Source: Aequorivita sp. (GTDB lineage: Bacteria > Bacteroidota > Bacteroidia > Flavobacteriales > Flavobacteriaceae). Taken from it: DNA of 64,000 bases. Shown here piece by piece: positions 8,001 to 17,448 of this stretch; position 1 is the stretch's first letter; each line of letters opens with the position of its first letter. The notes beneath the pieces were generated by a model. That model was not told the origin of the DNA. It saw only the letters and a program-made list of their open reading frames with translations, and made no database searches. The stretch is taken from the NCBI GenBank assembly GCA_052105975.1, contig JBQEAY010000008.1:30680-94679 (forward strand), read 5' to 3'. The position numbers and the translations under genes were made by a program.

Positions 8001-8143
8001 ATTATTGGGTCGGCAAATATAAAGCTATTTTCGTTTTTGCAAAACTTTAATTAAAAAAAATCAAAATATTTTTTTTCAATTTAATAACCCATTAACAATT
8101 ACTTGCTATTTGTAATTGTATTTTTACCGTCATAAAGAAAAAA

Positions 8144-8872
8144 ATGAATCTTGTAATTGACGTTGGGAACACTTTAGTAAAACTAGGAGTGTTTGATTTG
8201 GAAGTTCTTAAGCATAGAACCACTTGTATTAACAAAGATATTCTACGTACACTTGATGAAATTGCCGAAGCCTTTCCGTCCATCGAAAATTCAATTGTTT
8301 CTTCTGTAAGTTATTTAACGGAAAATCAATTATTAAAATTACAGCAGCGGTTTCCAGTTATAAATCTAACTCATCAAACCAAAGTACCTTTTATTAATAA
8401 ATATGCTACTCCCGAAACCCTAGGTATAGACCGTATTGCTTTGGTAAGTGCAGCCGCGGCGCAATACCCTAACAAAAACGTATTGATAATTGATGCAGGC
8501 ACTTGCATTACCTATGATTTTTTAACCTCTGAAAAGAAATATTTGGGAGGAGCTATTTCGCCTGGTATTATACTTCGGTATAGATCTTTACATACGTTTA
8601 CAGCAAAACTGCCGTTATTGGATGCAAGCAACCCAATAGACGTTATTGGAAACAGCACTCCTACCGCTATTCACTCTGGTGTTGTAAATGGTATTTTGTA
8701 CGAAATTGATGGCTTTATCGAAGATTATAAAAACAAATGGAATGATTTAACAGTTATTTTAACAGGAGGAGACGCACATTTTTTGCGAGATAGTTTAAAA
8801 AATGACATCTTTGCCAACTCAAATTTTTTATTGGAGGGATTGAACCATATTTTAGAATATAACAAACATTGA
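8144..8872 (+). CDS. coaX: Type III pantothenate kinase
   Basis: 242 aa. N-terminal MNLVIDVGNTLVKLGVF and later GIDR, IIDAGTCITYD and GGDA motifs are typical of CoaX. Confidence 0.9.
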   Translation: MNLVIDVGNTLVKLGVFDLEVLKHRTTCINKDILRTLDEIAEAFPSIENSIVSSVSYLTENQLLKLQQRFPVINLTHQTKVPFINKYATPETLGIDRIALVSAAAAQYPNKNVLIIDAGTCITYDFLTSEKKYLGGAISPGIILRYRSLHTFTAKLPLLDASNPIDVIGNSTPTAIHSGVVNGILYEIDGFIEDYKNKWNDLTVILTGGDAHFLRDSLKNDIFANSNFLLEGLNHILEYNKH

Positions 8873-10110
8873 TGTTTAGAAAATTAGTAATTGGTTTATT
8901 TTTACTTGTAGCGGGCACTGTCTTAGCACAAGAAGGAACCACATCTCCGTATTCATATTACGGTATCGGATCTATAAAATTTCGCGGTACTGTTGAAAAC
9001 AGAACAATGGGCGGTCTGAGCGTTTTCTCAGACAGCATCCATTTAAACCTTCAGAATCCTGCAGGTTATGCTGGATTACGTCTGGTTAACTACTCTGTAG
9101 GTGCTAGTCATAAAGCTGTAAATCAAAAAAACAAAACCGATAGTCAAAATACTTCCTCAACAACATTGGATTATATAGCAATTGGAATTCCTATGGGTAA
9201 ATTAGGAATGGGTTTTGGACTCGTACCCTATACCTCGGTGGGTTATGACTTCTACTCTGAAGTAGAGAACGGCAGAACCCAATATGATGGAAATGGGGGC
9301 TTGAACCGAGCGTTCCTTTCATTGGGGTACCAAGTTACTCCGGAATTTAGTCTTGGTGTAGACGCTAATTATAATTTTGGAAAAATTGAAAACACCGCAA
9401 TTACACAAAAATCCGATGTTCAATATGGAACGCGGGTTATCAATAGATCTGACCTTTCAGGCTTCAGCTTTAATTTTGGAGCACTTTATAAAAGAATGAT
9501 TACCGAAAACCTAGAACTTTCTGGTTCGGTAACCTATAGCCCAGGAACTAATTTTACTTCAGCAAACAATAGAAAGACGGGAAGTGTCAATATAACTCCA
9601 ACAGGAATATATACAATTGATGAGAGAGAAATTGACGTAGATAATTCCGATTTTACCTTTCCCTCCCAATTTACGGTTGGAGCTGGAATAAGCAAACCGA
9701 AATATTGGGGTATTGGAGCTGAATATACAAACGAAAAAACAAGTAACTTTACAAATCGCGCCTTTACACTTGAAAAGATAACTTATAAAAACGCCTCTAA
9801 ATTTACAGTAGGAGGATTTTATATTCCGAATTACAATTCTTTTGGAAACTACTTTAAAAGAATGGTTTACAGGGCTGGAGTACGATTTGAGGAAACAGGC
9901 ATATCCGTAGATGGGCACGACGTAAACGAGTTTGGCATATCTTTTGGAGTTGGTTTACCCGTAGGACGATTATTCTCTAATATTAACTTAGGAGTTGAAA
10001 TCGGAAAACGCGGAACCACCGACTTTGGTTTGATACAAGAAAACTTTGTGAACACATTCTTAAGCTTCTCACTAAACGACCGTTGGTTCGAAAAAAGATT
10101 ATATGATTAA
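8872..10110 (+). CDS. Outer-membrane beta-barrel protein, function unknown
   Basis: The ATG at 8872 overlaps the coaX TGA. Signal peptide (LLVAGTVLAQ), alternating hydrophobic beta-strand pattern and Gly/aromatic-rich strands throughout. Confidence 0.6.
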   Translation: MFRKLVIGLFLLVAGTVLAQEGTTSPYSYYGIGSIKFRGTVENRTMGGLSVFSDSIHLNLQNPAGYAGLRLVNYSVGASHKAVNQKNKTDSQNTSSTTLDYIAIGIPMGKLGMGFGLVPYTSVGYDFYSEVENGRTQYDGNGGLNRAFLSLGYQVTPEFSLGVDANYNFGKIENTAITQKSDVQYGTRVINRSDLSGFSFNFGALYKRMITENLELSGSVTYSPGTNFTSANNRKTGSVNITPTGIYTIDEREIDVDNSDFTFPSQFTVGAGISKPKYWGIGAEYTNEKTSNFTNRAFTLEKITYKNASKFTVGGFYIPNYNSFGNYFKRMVYRAGVRFEETGISVDGHDVNEFGISFGVGLPVGRLFSNINLGVEIGKRGTTDFGLIQENFVNTFLSFSLNDRWFEKRLYD

Positions 10111-10129
10111 TACCAATAATAGAAATACC

Positions 10130-11494
10130 ATGAAAACAAAATTCACTTTATTACTTGCAATTTTACTAGTCTCAATTTCTGGAAAGGCATTTGCCCAAGC
10201 CCCGGACGATTGTGCAATTTCCCTATCCTATTTTACTGAGCCAGCAAAAGCAAAAAATTACGAAGCTGCACTTCCTCATTATGAAAAACTAATCAAGGAA
10301 TGCCCAGATTACAATCTTGCAATTTATCAGTACGCTGTAAAGATGTTTGAGTACTTTATCGATGAAAAAGGCGATAAAAGTAAAGTGAAGGACCTTATTC
10401 AGGCATACAATCTAAGACTTCAGAACTTTCCAGAGAAAACTAAGGAAGGTGATGTGCTTTCAACTATCGCACAGATAAAGTTCGACAATAACATTGGTAC
10501 AAAAGCAGAACAATTTAAGGCTTTTGATGATGCCTTTAAAAAGGATCCTGAAAACTTCACTAGTGGAAAAAGTATTTATGCTTATTTCTCACTAGCTGTG
10601 GATTTATATAATTCTCAAGAAAAAGAACTTCAGGATATCTTCGATCTTTATGATGTAGTTAGTGCAAAAATTGATTCAGAGAAAAACAGCCTTGCTGAAA
10701 AACTAACTCCTTTAATGGACAAAGGAGAGACTAGCGCCGGGCTTACTGCGAAAGAGCAACGCGCCAAAGATGTATACGAAAACAACCTAGGAGTTTACAC
10801 AACTGTTGAAGGAAGTGTTAATGGAAAACTAGGTCAGTTGGCAGATTGCCCGAACCTAATTCCACTTTATGAAAAAGACTACGAGGAGAAAAAAGATGAT
10901 GTAAACTGGTTAAAATCTGCAAGTAACAGACTTGATGCTAAGGATTGCGATAGCCCGTTATCTAACAAACTAGCGGTACGTCTTCACGAATTGGAACCAA
11001 GTTCTACTTCTGCTTACTTATTAGGTAAGCGTGCTGAGGCAGATGGAAAAGCTTCTAAAGCATTGGAATACTTTAATCAAGCAGCAGATCTTGAAAATGA
11101 CAATTCTAAAAAAGCTCGTATTTATTATAGTATTGCTGAGAACTACCGCAAAAAAGGAAGTCTTAGTACTGCAAGAAGCTATTACAATAAAATGTTAGCT
11201 GCAAAACCATCTGCAGGTATAGCTTATTATAGAATTGGTGCAATGTATGCAGATAGTGCAAACAGCTGCGGTAATACAGTATTTGAAAAAAGAGCAATGA
11301 ACTGGTTAGCTGCAGATATGATGGACAAAGCTGCCCGTGTGGACGGTACAGTTGCAGCAAATGCAAAGGCTGCCGCAAGTAGCTATAGACAACGTGCACC
11401 GCAAAAAAGTGATATCTTTAGCGAAAATATGGCTGGCAAAACAATTAAATTTAACTGTTGGGTTGGCGGAAGCGTAAGAGTTCCTAACTTGTAA
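10130..11494 (+). CDS. TPR-repeat periplasmic protein
   Basis: The internal ATG (MKTKFTLLLAILLVSISGKAFA) gives a proper signal peptide after the upstream stop at 10110. Helical TPR-like repeats (..ALEYFNQAADLEND..ARIYYSIAENYRKKG..ARSYYNKML). Confidence 0.6.
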   Translation: MKTKFTLLLAILLVSISGKAFAQAPDDCAISLSYFTEPAKAKNYEAALPHYEKLIKECPDYNLAIYQYAVKMFEYFIDEKGDKSKVKDLIQAYNLRLQNFPEKTKEGDVLSTIAQIKFDNNIGTKAEQFKAFDDAFKKDPENFTSGKSIYAYFSLAVDLYNSQEKELQDIFDLYDVVSAKIDSEKNSLAEKLTPLMDKGETSAGLTAKEQRAKDVYENNLGVYTTVEGSVNGKLGQLADCPNLIPLYEKDYEEKKDDVNWLKSASNRLDAKDCDSPLSNKLAVRLHELEPSSTSAYLLGKRAEADGKASKALEYFNQAADLENDNSKKARIYYSIAENYRKKGSLSTARSYYNKMLAAKPSAGIAYYRIGAMYADSANSCGNTVFEKRAMNWLAADMMDKAARVDGTVAANAKAAASSYRQRAPQKSDIFSENMAGKTIKFNCWVGGSVRVPNL

Positions 11495-11496
11495 AA

Positions 11497-12075
11497 ATGC
11501 ACACCTCAATAAATATGTTTAAAAGCGTGATGGTCTTGGTATTGACCGTCACGCTTTTTGCATGTGAAAGCAATTACCAAAACGTAAAAAATTTAAATCT
11601 CTCTGATGGTGCTCCCATTGCCGAAGGAAAGAACATAAACTTTAAATACACCGACTCGGGTAAACTGGTAACCAATCTCTTGGCAGAAAAATTACTTGAC
11701 TATTCAAATTTAGATTTTCCCTATAAAGAATTTCCAAAAGGAGTTGAAGTTCACTTTTGGGACGAAAAAGGAAAGGAAAGCACTGTAAGCTCAGATTATG
11801 CGATTCAGTTTGATGAAACAGGATTAGTTGATCTGCGGAAAAATGTAGTACTAATAACAGCAGACAGCGTTGTGCTTAAAGCAAATCAACTCTACTGGGA
11901 CCAGAAGAACAAATGGGTATTTACGGACCAACCCTATCAAATTAAATTTAAGGATGGCTCTTATAATGATGGCGCTGTTGGATTTGATAGCAGTGAAGAT
12001 TTCACTATCTTTTTATCCAGAAAAAACCAAGGTGTCCAACTAATAGACAAAAATAAAATTGACGATGCTAAATAA
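11497..12075 (+). CDS. lptC: LPS export periplasmic protein LptC-like
   Basis: 192 aa. Membrane/lipoprotein-like N-terminus (VLTVTLFAC). Size, beta-rich composition and position match Bacteroidota LptC as I recall it. This is not proven by motifs. Confidence 0.55.
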   Translation: MHTSINMFKSVMVLVLTVTLFACESNYQNVKNLNLSDGAPIAEGKNINFKYTDSGKLVTNLLAEKLLDYSNLDFPYKEFPKGVEVHFWDEKGKESTVSSDYAIQFDETGLVDLRKNVVLITADSVVLKANQLYWDQKNKWVFTDQPYQIKFKDGSYNDGAVGFDSSEDFTIFLSRKNQGVQLIDKNKIDDAK

Positions 12076-12259
12076 AGTTTTCCGCTTTTTTGAATACGCT
12101 TATCTTATTATGGCAGTGTTTTTTGCCTATGAAACAATAAATAATTGGAATACAGGACCAAACCGAGCTTATTTGTTTCTGTTTTTTGTTGTAGTCTCTA
12201 TCTTTATGTTTTTCTTTAAAAGAAATTTCAGAAAGAAAATGGATGAACGAAATAAATAG
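12065..12259 (+). CDS. Small membrane protein (64 aa)
   Basis: The ATG at 12065 overlaps the lptC end. Two hydrophobic helices (YAYLIMAVFFAY, YLFLFFVVVSIFMFFF). Confidence 0.4.
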   Translation: MLNKVFRFFEYAYLIMAVFFAYETINNWNTGPNRAYLFLFFVVVSIFMFFFKRNFRKKMDERNK

Positions 12260-12263
12260 TTCA

Positions 12264-12337
12264 GAGTTATGGGTTTTGAGTATAGAAACTGTTGTTTCAA
12301 AATAACTCGTAACTCATAACCCCTAACTTATAACTCA
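12264..12337. repeat. Heptanucleotide tandem array with dyad symmetry
   Basis: GAGTTAT GGGTTTT GAGTATA GAAACTG TTGTTTC .. TAACTCG TAACTCA TAACCCC TAACTTA TAACTCA. The right block (12303-12337) ends 3 nt before the TTG start at 12341. GAGTTAT is the complement of ATAACTC. Confidence 0.7.
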
Positions 12338-12340
12338 ACT

Positions 12341-13594
12341 TTGGATTATAGTATACTAATCATATTATCAATGCTCATTCTCTCCGCCTTCTTTTCGGGG
12401 ATGGAGATTGCTTATGTTTCTTCCAACAAAATCCATATTGAAATTGAGAAGAAACAAAACAACTTCTTGGCTGGGATTCTGAAGAAAATAACCAAACGCC
12501 CTTCAAAATTTATTGCCACAATGTTAGTGGGTAATAATATTGCGCTGGTTATCTACGGATTCTTTATGGGAGATTTACTAATGAGGTATATCCCTCTTGC
12601 AGGTTTTACAGGACTCCTAGTACAGACCATCATCTCTACCTTAGTTATATTATTGACTGCGGAATTTCTCCCAAAGGTATTCTTTCAAATTTACGCGAAC
12701 AATCTGGTAAAGGTATTTGCCGTTCCTGCTTATTTCTTCTACATACTCTTTTCTTTAATTTCTGAATTCGTTATTTGGATCTCAGATTTAGTTTTAAAAC
12801 TAGTTTTTAAATCTGAAGGTGACACGGTACAGCTCACCTTTAGTAAACTTGAGCTCGGAAATTATATTTCGGAACAAATGGACATTGCCGAAACTAAGGA
12901 AGAAATGGATTCGGAAATACAGATATTCCAAAATGCATTGGATTTTTCCGAAGTAAAATCTCGCGAAGCTATGATTCCACGTACGGAAGTGGTAGCAGTA
13001 GATATTACGACATCACCAAAAGAACTTGCAAAACTTTTCATAGAATCCGGTCTCTCAAAAATACTGATCTATAAAGAAAATATAGACGATATTCTAGGCT
13101 ATGTGCATTCCTTTGAACTTTTTAAAAAACCAGCCACAATTAAGAAGGTTTTAATGCCGGTAGTTTTTGTTCCCGAAACAATGCTCATTAAAGATGTATT
13201 GGGAATCCTGAGTAAGAAAAGAAAAAGTATTGCCGTAGTCATTGACGAATATGGCGGAACTAGCGGTATTATAACTGTAGAAGACATTATAGAAGAGCTC
13301 TTTGGAGAAATTGAAGATGAGCACGATAGTGTTGAATTGATAGAGGAAGAACTGGGCGACGGACATTACAAATTTTCCGCGCGTCTAGAAGTAGATTACC
13401 TCAATGACATCTACAAGCTAGATCTGGAAGAAAGTGAAAACTATGAGACTTTAGGTGGCCTTATTGTAAACCATACTGAAGAAATCCCTGAACGAGGTGA
13501 ACATGTAGAAATAAATGACCACCAATTTACTATTCTCGAAGTTTCGAGCACAAAAATAGAAATGGTAGAAGTAAAAAACATTTCGGAAGATTAG
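12341..13594 (+). CDS. CNNM/hemolysin-family protein (DUF21 - CBS pair - CorC_HlyC)
   Basis: 417 aa. N-terminal TM domain with SAFFSGMEIAYVS, CBS-pair region and C-terminal transporter-associated domain (..GGLIVNHTEEIPERGEHVEINDHQFTILEV..). The start codon (TTG) is uncertain. Confidence 0.8.
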   Translation: MDYSILIILSMLILSAFFSGMEIAYVSSNKIHIEIEKKQNNFLAGILKKITKRPSKFIATMLVGNNIALVIYGFFMGDLLMRYIPLAGFTGLLVQTIISTLVILLTAEFLPKVFFQIYANNLVKVFAVPAYFFYILFSLISEFVIWISDLVLKLVFKSEGDTVQLTFSKLELGNYISEQMDIAETKEEMDSEIQIFQNALDFSEVKSREAMIPRTEVVAVDITTSPKELAKLFIESGLSKILIYKENIDDILGYVHSFELFKKPATIKKVLMPVVFVPETMLIKDVLGILSKKRKSIAVVIDEYGGTSGIITVEDIIEELFGEIEDEHDSVELIEEELGDGHYKFSARLEVDYLNDIYKLDLEESENYETLGGLIVNHTEEIPERGEHVEINDHQFTILEVSSTKIEMVEVKNISED

Positions 13595-13785
13595 TTTTTA
13601 ACTTAATCATAACTTTTATCACTTTAGTTTTTTATTACTGAGCGGAAAATGTTATTTTCGCCCCCTAAATCACCTAAAAAACAAACCCTTTATAACCCTA
13701 ACAAACATTAAGGCATAAAAGGGATGACAACCAAGGCCTTCCATTCGGAATAACCGTATACAGGAAGGATAAATTAGAATATCAG

Positions 13786-15900
13786 ATGGCAATCTTAAAC
13801 AGTATTAGAAAAAGAGGGATATTTCTTATCCTTATTATTGCATTGGCACTTTTTGCCTTTATTTTAAGCGACGTTTTAACAAAGGGTAGCAGCGGACCGA
13901 AAGGCCAGACCAACATCGCTACCATAAATGGAACAGACATCCCTAGACAAACGTTCATGCAAGAGGTAGAAGCTACCCAACGAAACATGGGCCCTAACGG
14001 AAACTCTTCTCAAGCTATGAATGTAGTTTGGAACAGAGAGCTACGTCGTGTTATTATGGATGAGCAAATTGACAAGGCTGGAATTACTGTAGAGAAAGCG
14101 CAATTAGACAATGCTCTAAAATCTGCACTAGCCAACAACCCAACTTTTCTAAACGACGCTGGTCAAGTTGACGAAGGGAAAGTTCAAGAATATATTGCAA
14201 GCATTCAATCCTCTTCTCCAGAAATGTACAGTCAATGGCTAACATTTGAAGAGAATATTGAAAATAGCGTACTTCAATCCACTTATAACAATTTGATAAA
14301 AGGTGGTTTACGCGCTACAGTGGTAGAAGGTGAACAAGAATATCACTATCAGAATGATAAATTAAACTTCCAATATGTAATGATGCCTTACAGCAAAATT
14401 GCAGATGAAGATATCAAAGTTTCTGATGACGAAATAACAAAATACGTTGCAGCACATCCAAACGATTTTCAAGTAGATGCACAAGCTGATATCCAATATG
14501 TACTTTTTTCAGAAAAACCATCTGAAGAAGATATAAACGAAGCTAGAACAGAAGCTACTGCAATGTTTAATGACAAAATCGAATTCAACAACGACACTAA
14601 AGTCAACGACACAATTGCTGGATTTAGACATACTGACAATTACGAAGAGTTTGTAAATGCAAATTCAGATGTTCCATATTTCGAGCAGTGGTTGTTTAAA
14701 TCTGACCTTCCAGAAAGCGTTGCCGATACTCTTATCAATTTGAACAAAGGAGATGTTTACGGACCTTTTAAAGTGGATAACTCTTTTAACTTAACCAAAG
14801 TATTAGACACCAAGAAAATGCCGGATTCTTCTGAATCTAAGCATATCTTGATTCGCTATGTTGGAACAATGCGTGCTCCTGAAACAGTTACAAAAACAAA
14901 GGAAGAAGCTCAAAAATTAGCCGATAGTATTTTAGGTGTTGTTAAGAAAGACAAATCTAAATTCGCTGAACTAGCAGCGGAATTTTCTGATGATGGTTCT
15001 GCCGAAAATGGTGGTGATCTTGGAAACTCAACTCCAGGAAGAATGGTACCAGAATTCGATGAATTTATCTTTAGTAATCCTACAGGCACCATTGGTCTTG
15101 TTGAAACTGATTTCGGTTTTCACGTTGTAGAAGTAGGAAAACAATCAAGTCCGAAAAAAGCTATAAAAATAGCAAATGTTATAAAAAACATCGAATCTTC
15201 AGACAAAACTATAAACGAAGTATTTGCAGATGCTACTAAATTTGAAGTAGCTGTGAAAAAAGGTGATTTTACTGAATTGTCTAAAGAACAAAAATTAGAG
15301 ATAAAGCCCGTTAATAAATTGAGCAAGATGGATGACAATATTCCAGGTGTAGGCTCTAACCGTACTATTGTTAACTGGGCATTCAATGAAGACACAAAAG
15401 TGGGTGACACAAAACGTTTTAATGTTACTGATGGATACGTTATTGCGCAACTTACACGCAAGAATCCTAAAGGTTTAATGCTTGCAGCAGATGCTTCGGC
15501 CAAAGTAAGCCCAATTTTACGCAACGAGAAAAAAGCGAAAAAAATACGCGAATCAGTTTCTGGAAATACGCTTGAAGAAGTAGCTAAAAACCAAAGTGTA
15601 ACTGTACAGACTGCTACAGGCATCAGTATGGCGAACCCAAAAATTGGCGCCAACGGAGAGCCAAAAGTAGTAGGGATTGCCTTTGGAACCAAGCCAGGAG
15701 AAACTACTGGTTTCATTGATGGAAAAACGGGTGTTTATAAAGTGAAGGTAACAGCTTTCAATCCAGCTCCAAAAATGGAATCATATGTTAACTTCGCAAA
15801 CCAAATGACAAGCAAGGCTGCTCCGGCTGCTCAAAATTCGGTTTTCAACGCTCTTGAAAAGAAAGCAGAGATTGAAGATAATCGTGCTAACTTCTATTAA
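13786..15900 (+). CDS. Periplasmic peptidyl-prolyl isomerase, PpiD/SurA-like
   Basis: 704 aa. N-terminal membrane anchor (GIFLILIIALALFAFIL). Parvulin domain GGDLGNSTPGRMVPEFDEFIF...GFHVVEV. Confidence 0.8.
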   Translation: MAILNSIRKRGIFLILIIALALFAFILSDVLTKGSSGPKGQTNIATINGTDIPRQTFMQEVEATQRNMGPNGNSSQAMNVVWNRELRRVIMDEQIDKAGITVEKAQLDNALKSALANNPTFLNDAGQVDEGKVQEYIASIQSSSPEMYSQWLTFEENIENSVLQSTYNNLIKGGLRATVVEGEQEYHYQNDKLNFQYVMMPYSKIADEDIKVSDDEITKYVAAHPNDFQVDAQADIQYVLFSEKPSEEDINEARTEATAMFNDKIEFNNDTKVNDTIAGFRHTDNYEEFVNANSDVPYFEQWLFKSDLPESVADTLINLNKGDVYGPFKVDNSFNLTKVLDTKKMPDSSESKHILIRYVGTMRAPETVTKTKEEAQKLADSILGVVKKDKSKFAELAAEFSDDGSAENGGDLGNSTPGRMVPEFDEFIFSNPTGTIGLVETDFGFHVVEVGKQSSPKKAIKIANVIKNIESSDKTINEVFADATKFEVAVKKGDFTELSKEQKLEIKPVNKLSKMDDNIPGVGSNRTIVNWAFNEDTKVGDTKRFNVTDGYVIAQLTRKNPKGLMLAADASAKVSPILRNEKKAKKIRESVSGNTLEEVAKNQSVTVQTATGISMANPKIGANGEPKVVGIAFGTKPGETTGFIDGKTGVYKVKVTAFNPAPKMESYVNFANQMTSKAAPAAQNSVFNALEKKAEIEDNRANFY

Positions 15901-15921
15901 GATTTAGAATAATACATTCTT

Positions 15922-15957
15922 AAAAAGCCTTATTACATATATGTAATAAGGCTTTTT
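15922..15957 (+). terminator. Rho-independent terminator after the ppiD-like gene
   Basis: Near-perfect palindrome AAAAAGCCTTATTACATATATGTAATAAGGCTTTTT followed by CTTT. Confidence 0.85.
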
Positions 15958-16069
15958 CTTTATAAGTCATTGTGCTTACTTGAGATAAAGTCAAAATATT
16001 CTTTTATTTTTATAAAGAATTTCTCACACGGCATTTTTCTAAAAATGTTCCGCTATAAAAAACATAACA

Positions 16070-16972
16070 ATGAATAACGACCTTATAAAAAATATTGAAG
16101 ATAAATACACCAATCTTGGGGAAAACCCTGAAACCTATTTCAAAGGTTTACTTCAAACCAAACCAATTACATATTGGGATTATATTCAAGTAGACACCCT
16201 TCTTTCTCTTCAAAAGACTAGAACAGATTTTAAGGATGAAGAAATTTTTGTAATGTACCATCAGGTTACAGAACTAACCTTAAAAATGATGATCCACGAA
16301 ATAAAACAACTTTCCGAAGGTGAAAACCTCTCTGAAGAAACTTGGTTAACAAAATTGGACAGACTTAAAAGATACACCCGAATGCTTATCACCTCTTTCG
16401 ATATTATGAAGGATGGAATGAGTTATGACGATTATAATATATTTCGCTCTGCATTAACGCCTGCTAGTGGCTTTCAATGCGCTTCATTTAGAACTCTAGA
16501 ACTTTATACCACTCGTCTTGAAAATCTTCTTAATAAAGCAGGCCGGGAAAGATTGCCTGAAAATCCAACTATAGATGATTTTTTCGATAATATTTATTGG
16601 AAGGATGCTGGTTTAAACCGTCAAACGAAAGAATCCAGTCTTACCCTAAAACTGTTTGTGGAAAAATATGAAGCTGGATTTAAAACTTTAGCGGAAAAAG
16701 TTAAAGGGAAAACACTTGAGGAGCGCGTAGCTCAAATGGATAATCCTTCAGACGAACTAAAAGAAAAATTGAAGGAATTCGATCATTTCTACAATGTTGC
16801 CTGGCCATTGGTGCATTTGGAAACTGCACAGCACTATTTAGACCGTAAAGGTGAAACTAAAGCTGCCACAGGAGGTTCTGAGTGGAAAAAGTACTTACAT
16901 CCAAAATACCAACAACGAAAATTCTTCCCAGAGCTCTGGTCTGCAGAAGAAATTAAAAACTGGGGAGCATAA
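16070..16972 (+). CDS. kynA: Tryptophan 2,3-dioxygenase family protein
   Basis: 300 aa. ..YWDYIQVDTLLSLQ...DEEIFVMYHQVTELTLKMMIHE.. matches the conserved TDO N-terminal helices. Confidence 0.75.
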   Translation: MNNDLIKNIEDKYTNLGENPETYFKGLLQTKPITYWDYIQVDTLLSLQKTRTDFKDEEIFVMYHQVTELTLKMMIHEIKQLSEGENLSEETWLTKLDRLKRYTRMLITSFDIMKDGMSYDDYNIFRSALTPASGFQCASFRTLELYTTRLENLLNKAGRERLPENPTIDDFFDNIYWKDAGLNRQTKESSLTLKLFVEKYEAGFKTLAEKVKGKTLEERVAQMDNPSDELKEKLKEFDHFYNVAWPLVHLETAQHYLDRKGETKAATGGSEWKKYLHPKYQQRKFFPELWSAEEIKNWGA

Positions 16973-16980
16973 TTAAATCT

Positions 16981-17047
16981 AATCTCAGTAGCTATTAGGA
17001 TAGAATTTAATTCTAATAGCTATTGAGTTTTAATCTGAATAGCTATC
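16981..17047. repeat. Three direct ~16-nt repeats upstream of the DUF488 gene
   Basis: AATCTCAGTAGCTATT (16981), AATTCTAATAGCTATT (17009) and AATCTGAATAGCTATC (17032), with spacings of 28 and 23 nt. Confidence 0.6.
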
Positions 17048-17068
17048 GAAATAGAACTTTTGAAAACT

Positions 17069-17413
17069 ATGGACATTCAAATAAAACGTATTTATGAAGA
17101 TGCTACCAAAAATGATGGTATACGTATTTTAGTGGATAGAATCTGGCCACGTGGTGTAAGTAAAGAAGACGCAAAGCTAGATGATTGGATGAAAGAGATT
17201 GCGCCATCCACCGAACTTCGCAAATGGTACGATCATAAAGTTGACCGATTTCAAGAGTTTTCAAAAAAATATGAAACCGAGCTGAAAAATAATTCTGCAT
17301 TAGTAAAAGAACTTCAAAGTAAAGCTGAGGGAAAACGACTTACGCTACTTTATGGAGCTAAAGACAAAGAGCACAATCAATCAGTAGTGCTAAAAAAATT
17401 CCTTTTAAAATAA
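17069..17413 (+). CDS. DUF488 (YeaO-like) family protein
   Basis: The ATG at 17069 is preferred over the TTG at 17060. IKRIYE....DG.RILVDRIWPRGVSKE.AKLD.W.KEIAPS.ELRKWY.H is the characteristic DUF488 N-terminus. Confidence 0.8.
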   Translation: MDIQIKRIYEDATKNDGIRILVDRIWPRGVSKEDAKLDDWMKEIAPSTELRKWYDHKVDRFQEFSKKYETELKNNSALVKELQSKAEGKRLTLLYGAKDKEHNQSVVLKKFLLK

Positions 17414-17448
17414 TCAGATTTACAAGTAGGATTACTCTTATCATAAGA

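Noticed and set aside
8001-8143. Promoter boxes for tRNA-Phe and coaX in the divergent spacer.
   Set aside because: Only near-matches to TAnnTTTG are present (TATTTG, TAAAGTTTTG), and none fits the consensus spacing, so none is reported.
12341-13594. Calling the CNNM/CBS protein gliding-motility protein GldE.
   Set aside because: GldE belongs to the same superfamily. However, the characteristic neighbours (gldD, ssb) are absent, and Flavobacteriia carry paralogues. The sequence alone does not let me distinguish them.
15120-15716. 198-aa ORF antisense to the ppiD-like gene. The same applies to 14910-15092, 13782-13988, 13099-13287 and 13151-13366.
   Set aside because: They lie entirely inside, and antisense to, long ORFs with clear homology-type motifs. 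Such shadow ORFs are typical of AT-rich genes with stop-poor antisense frames.
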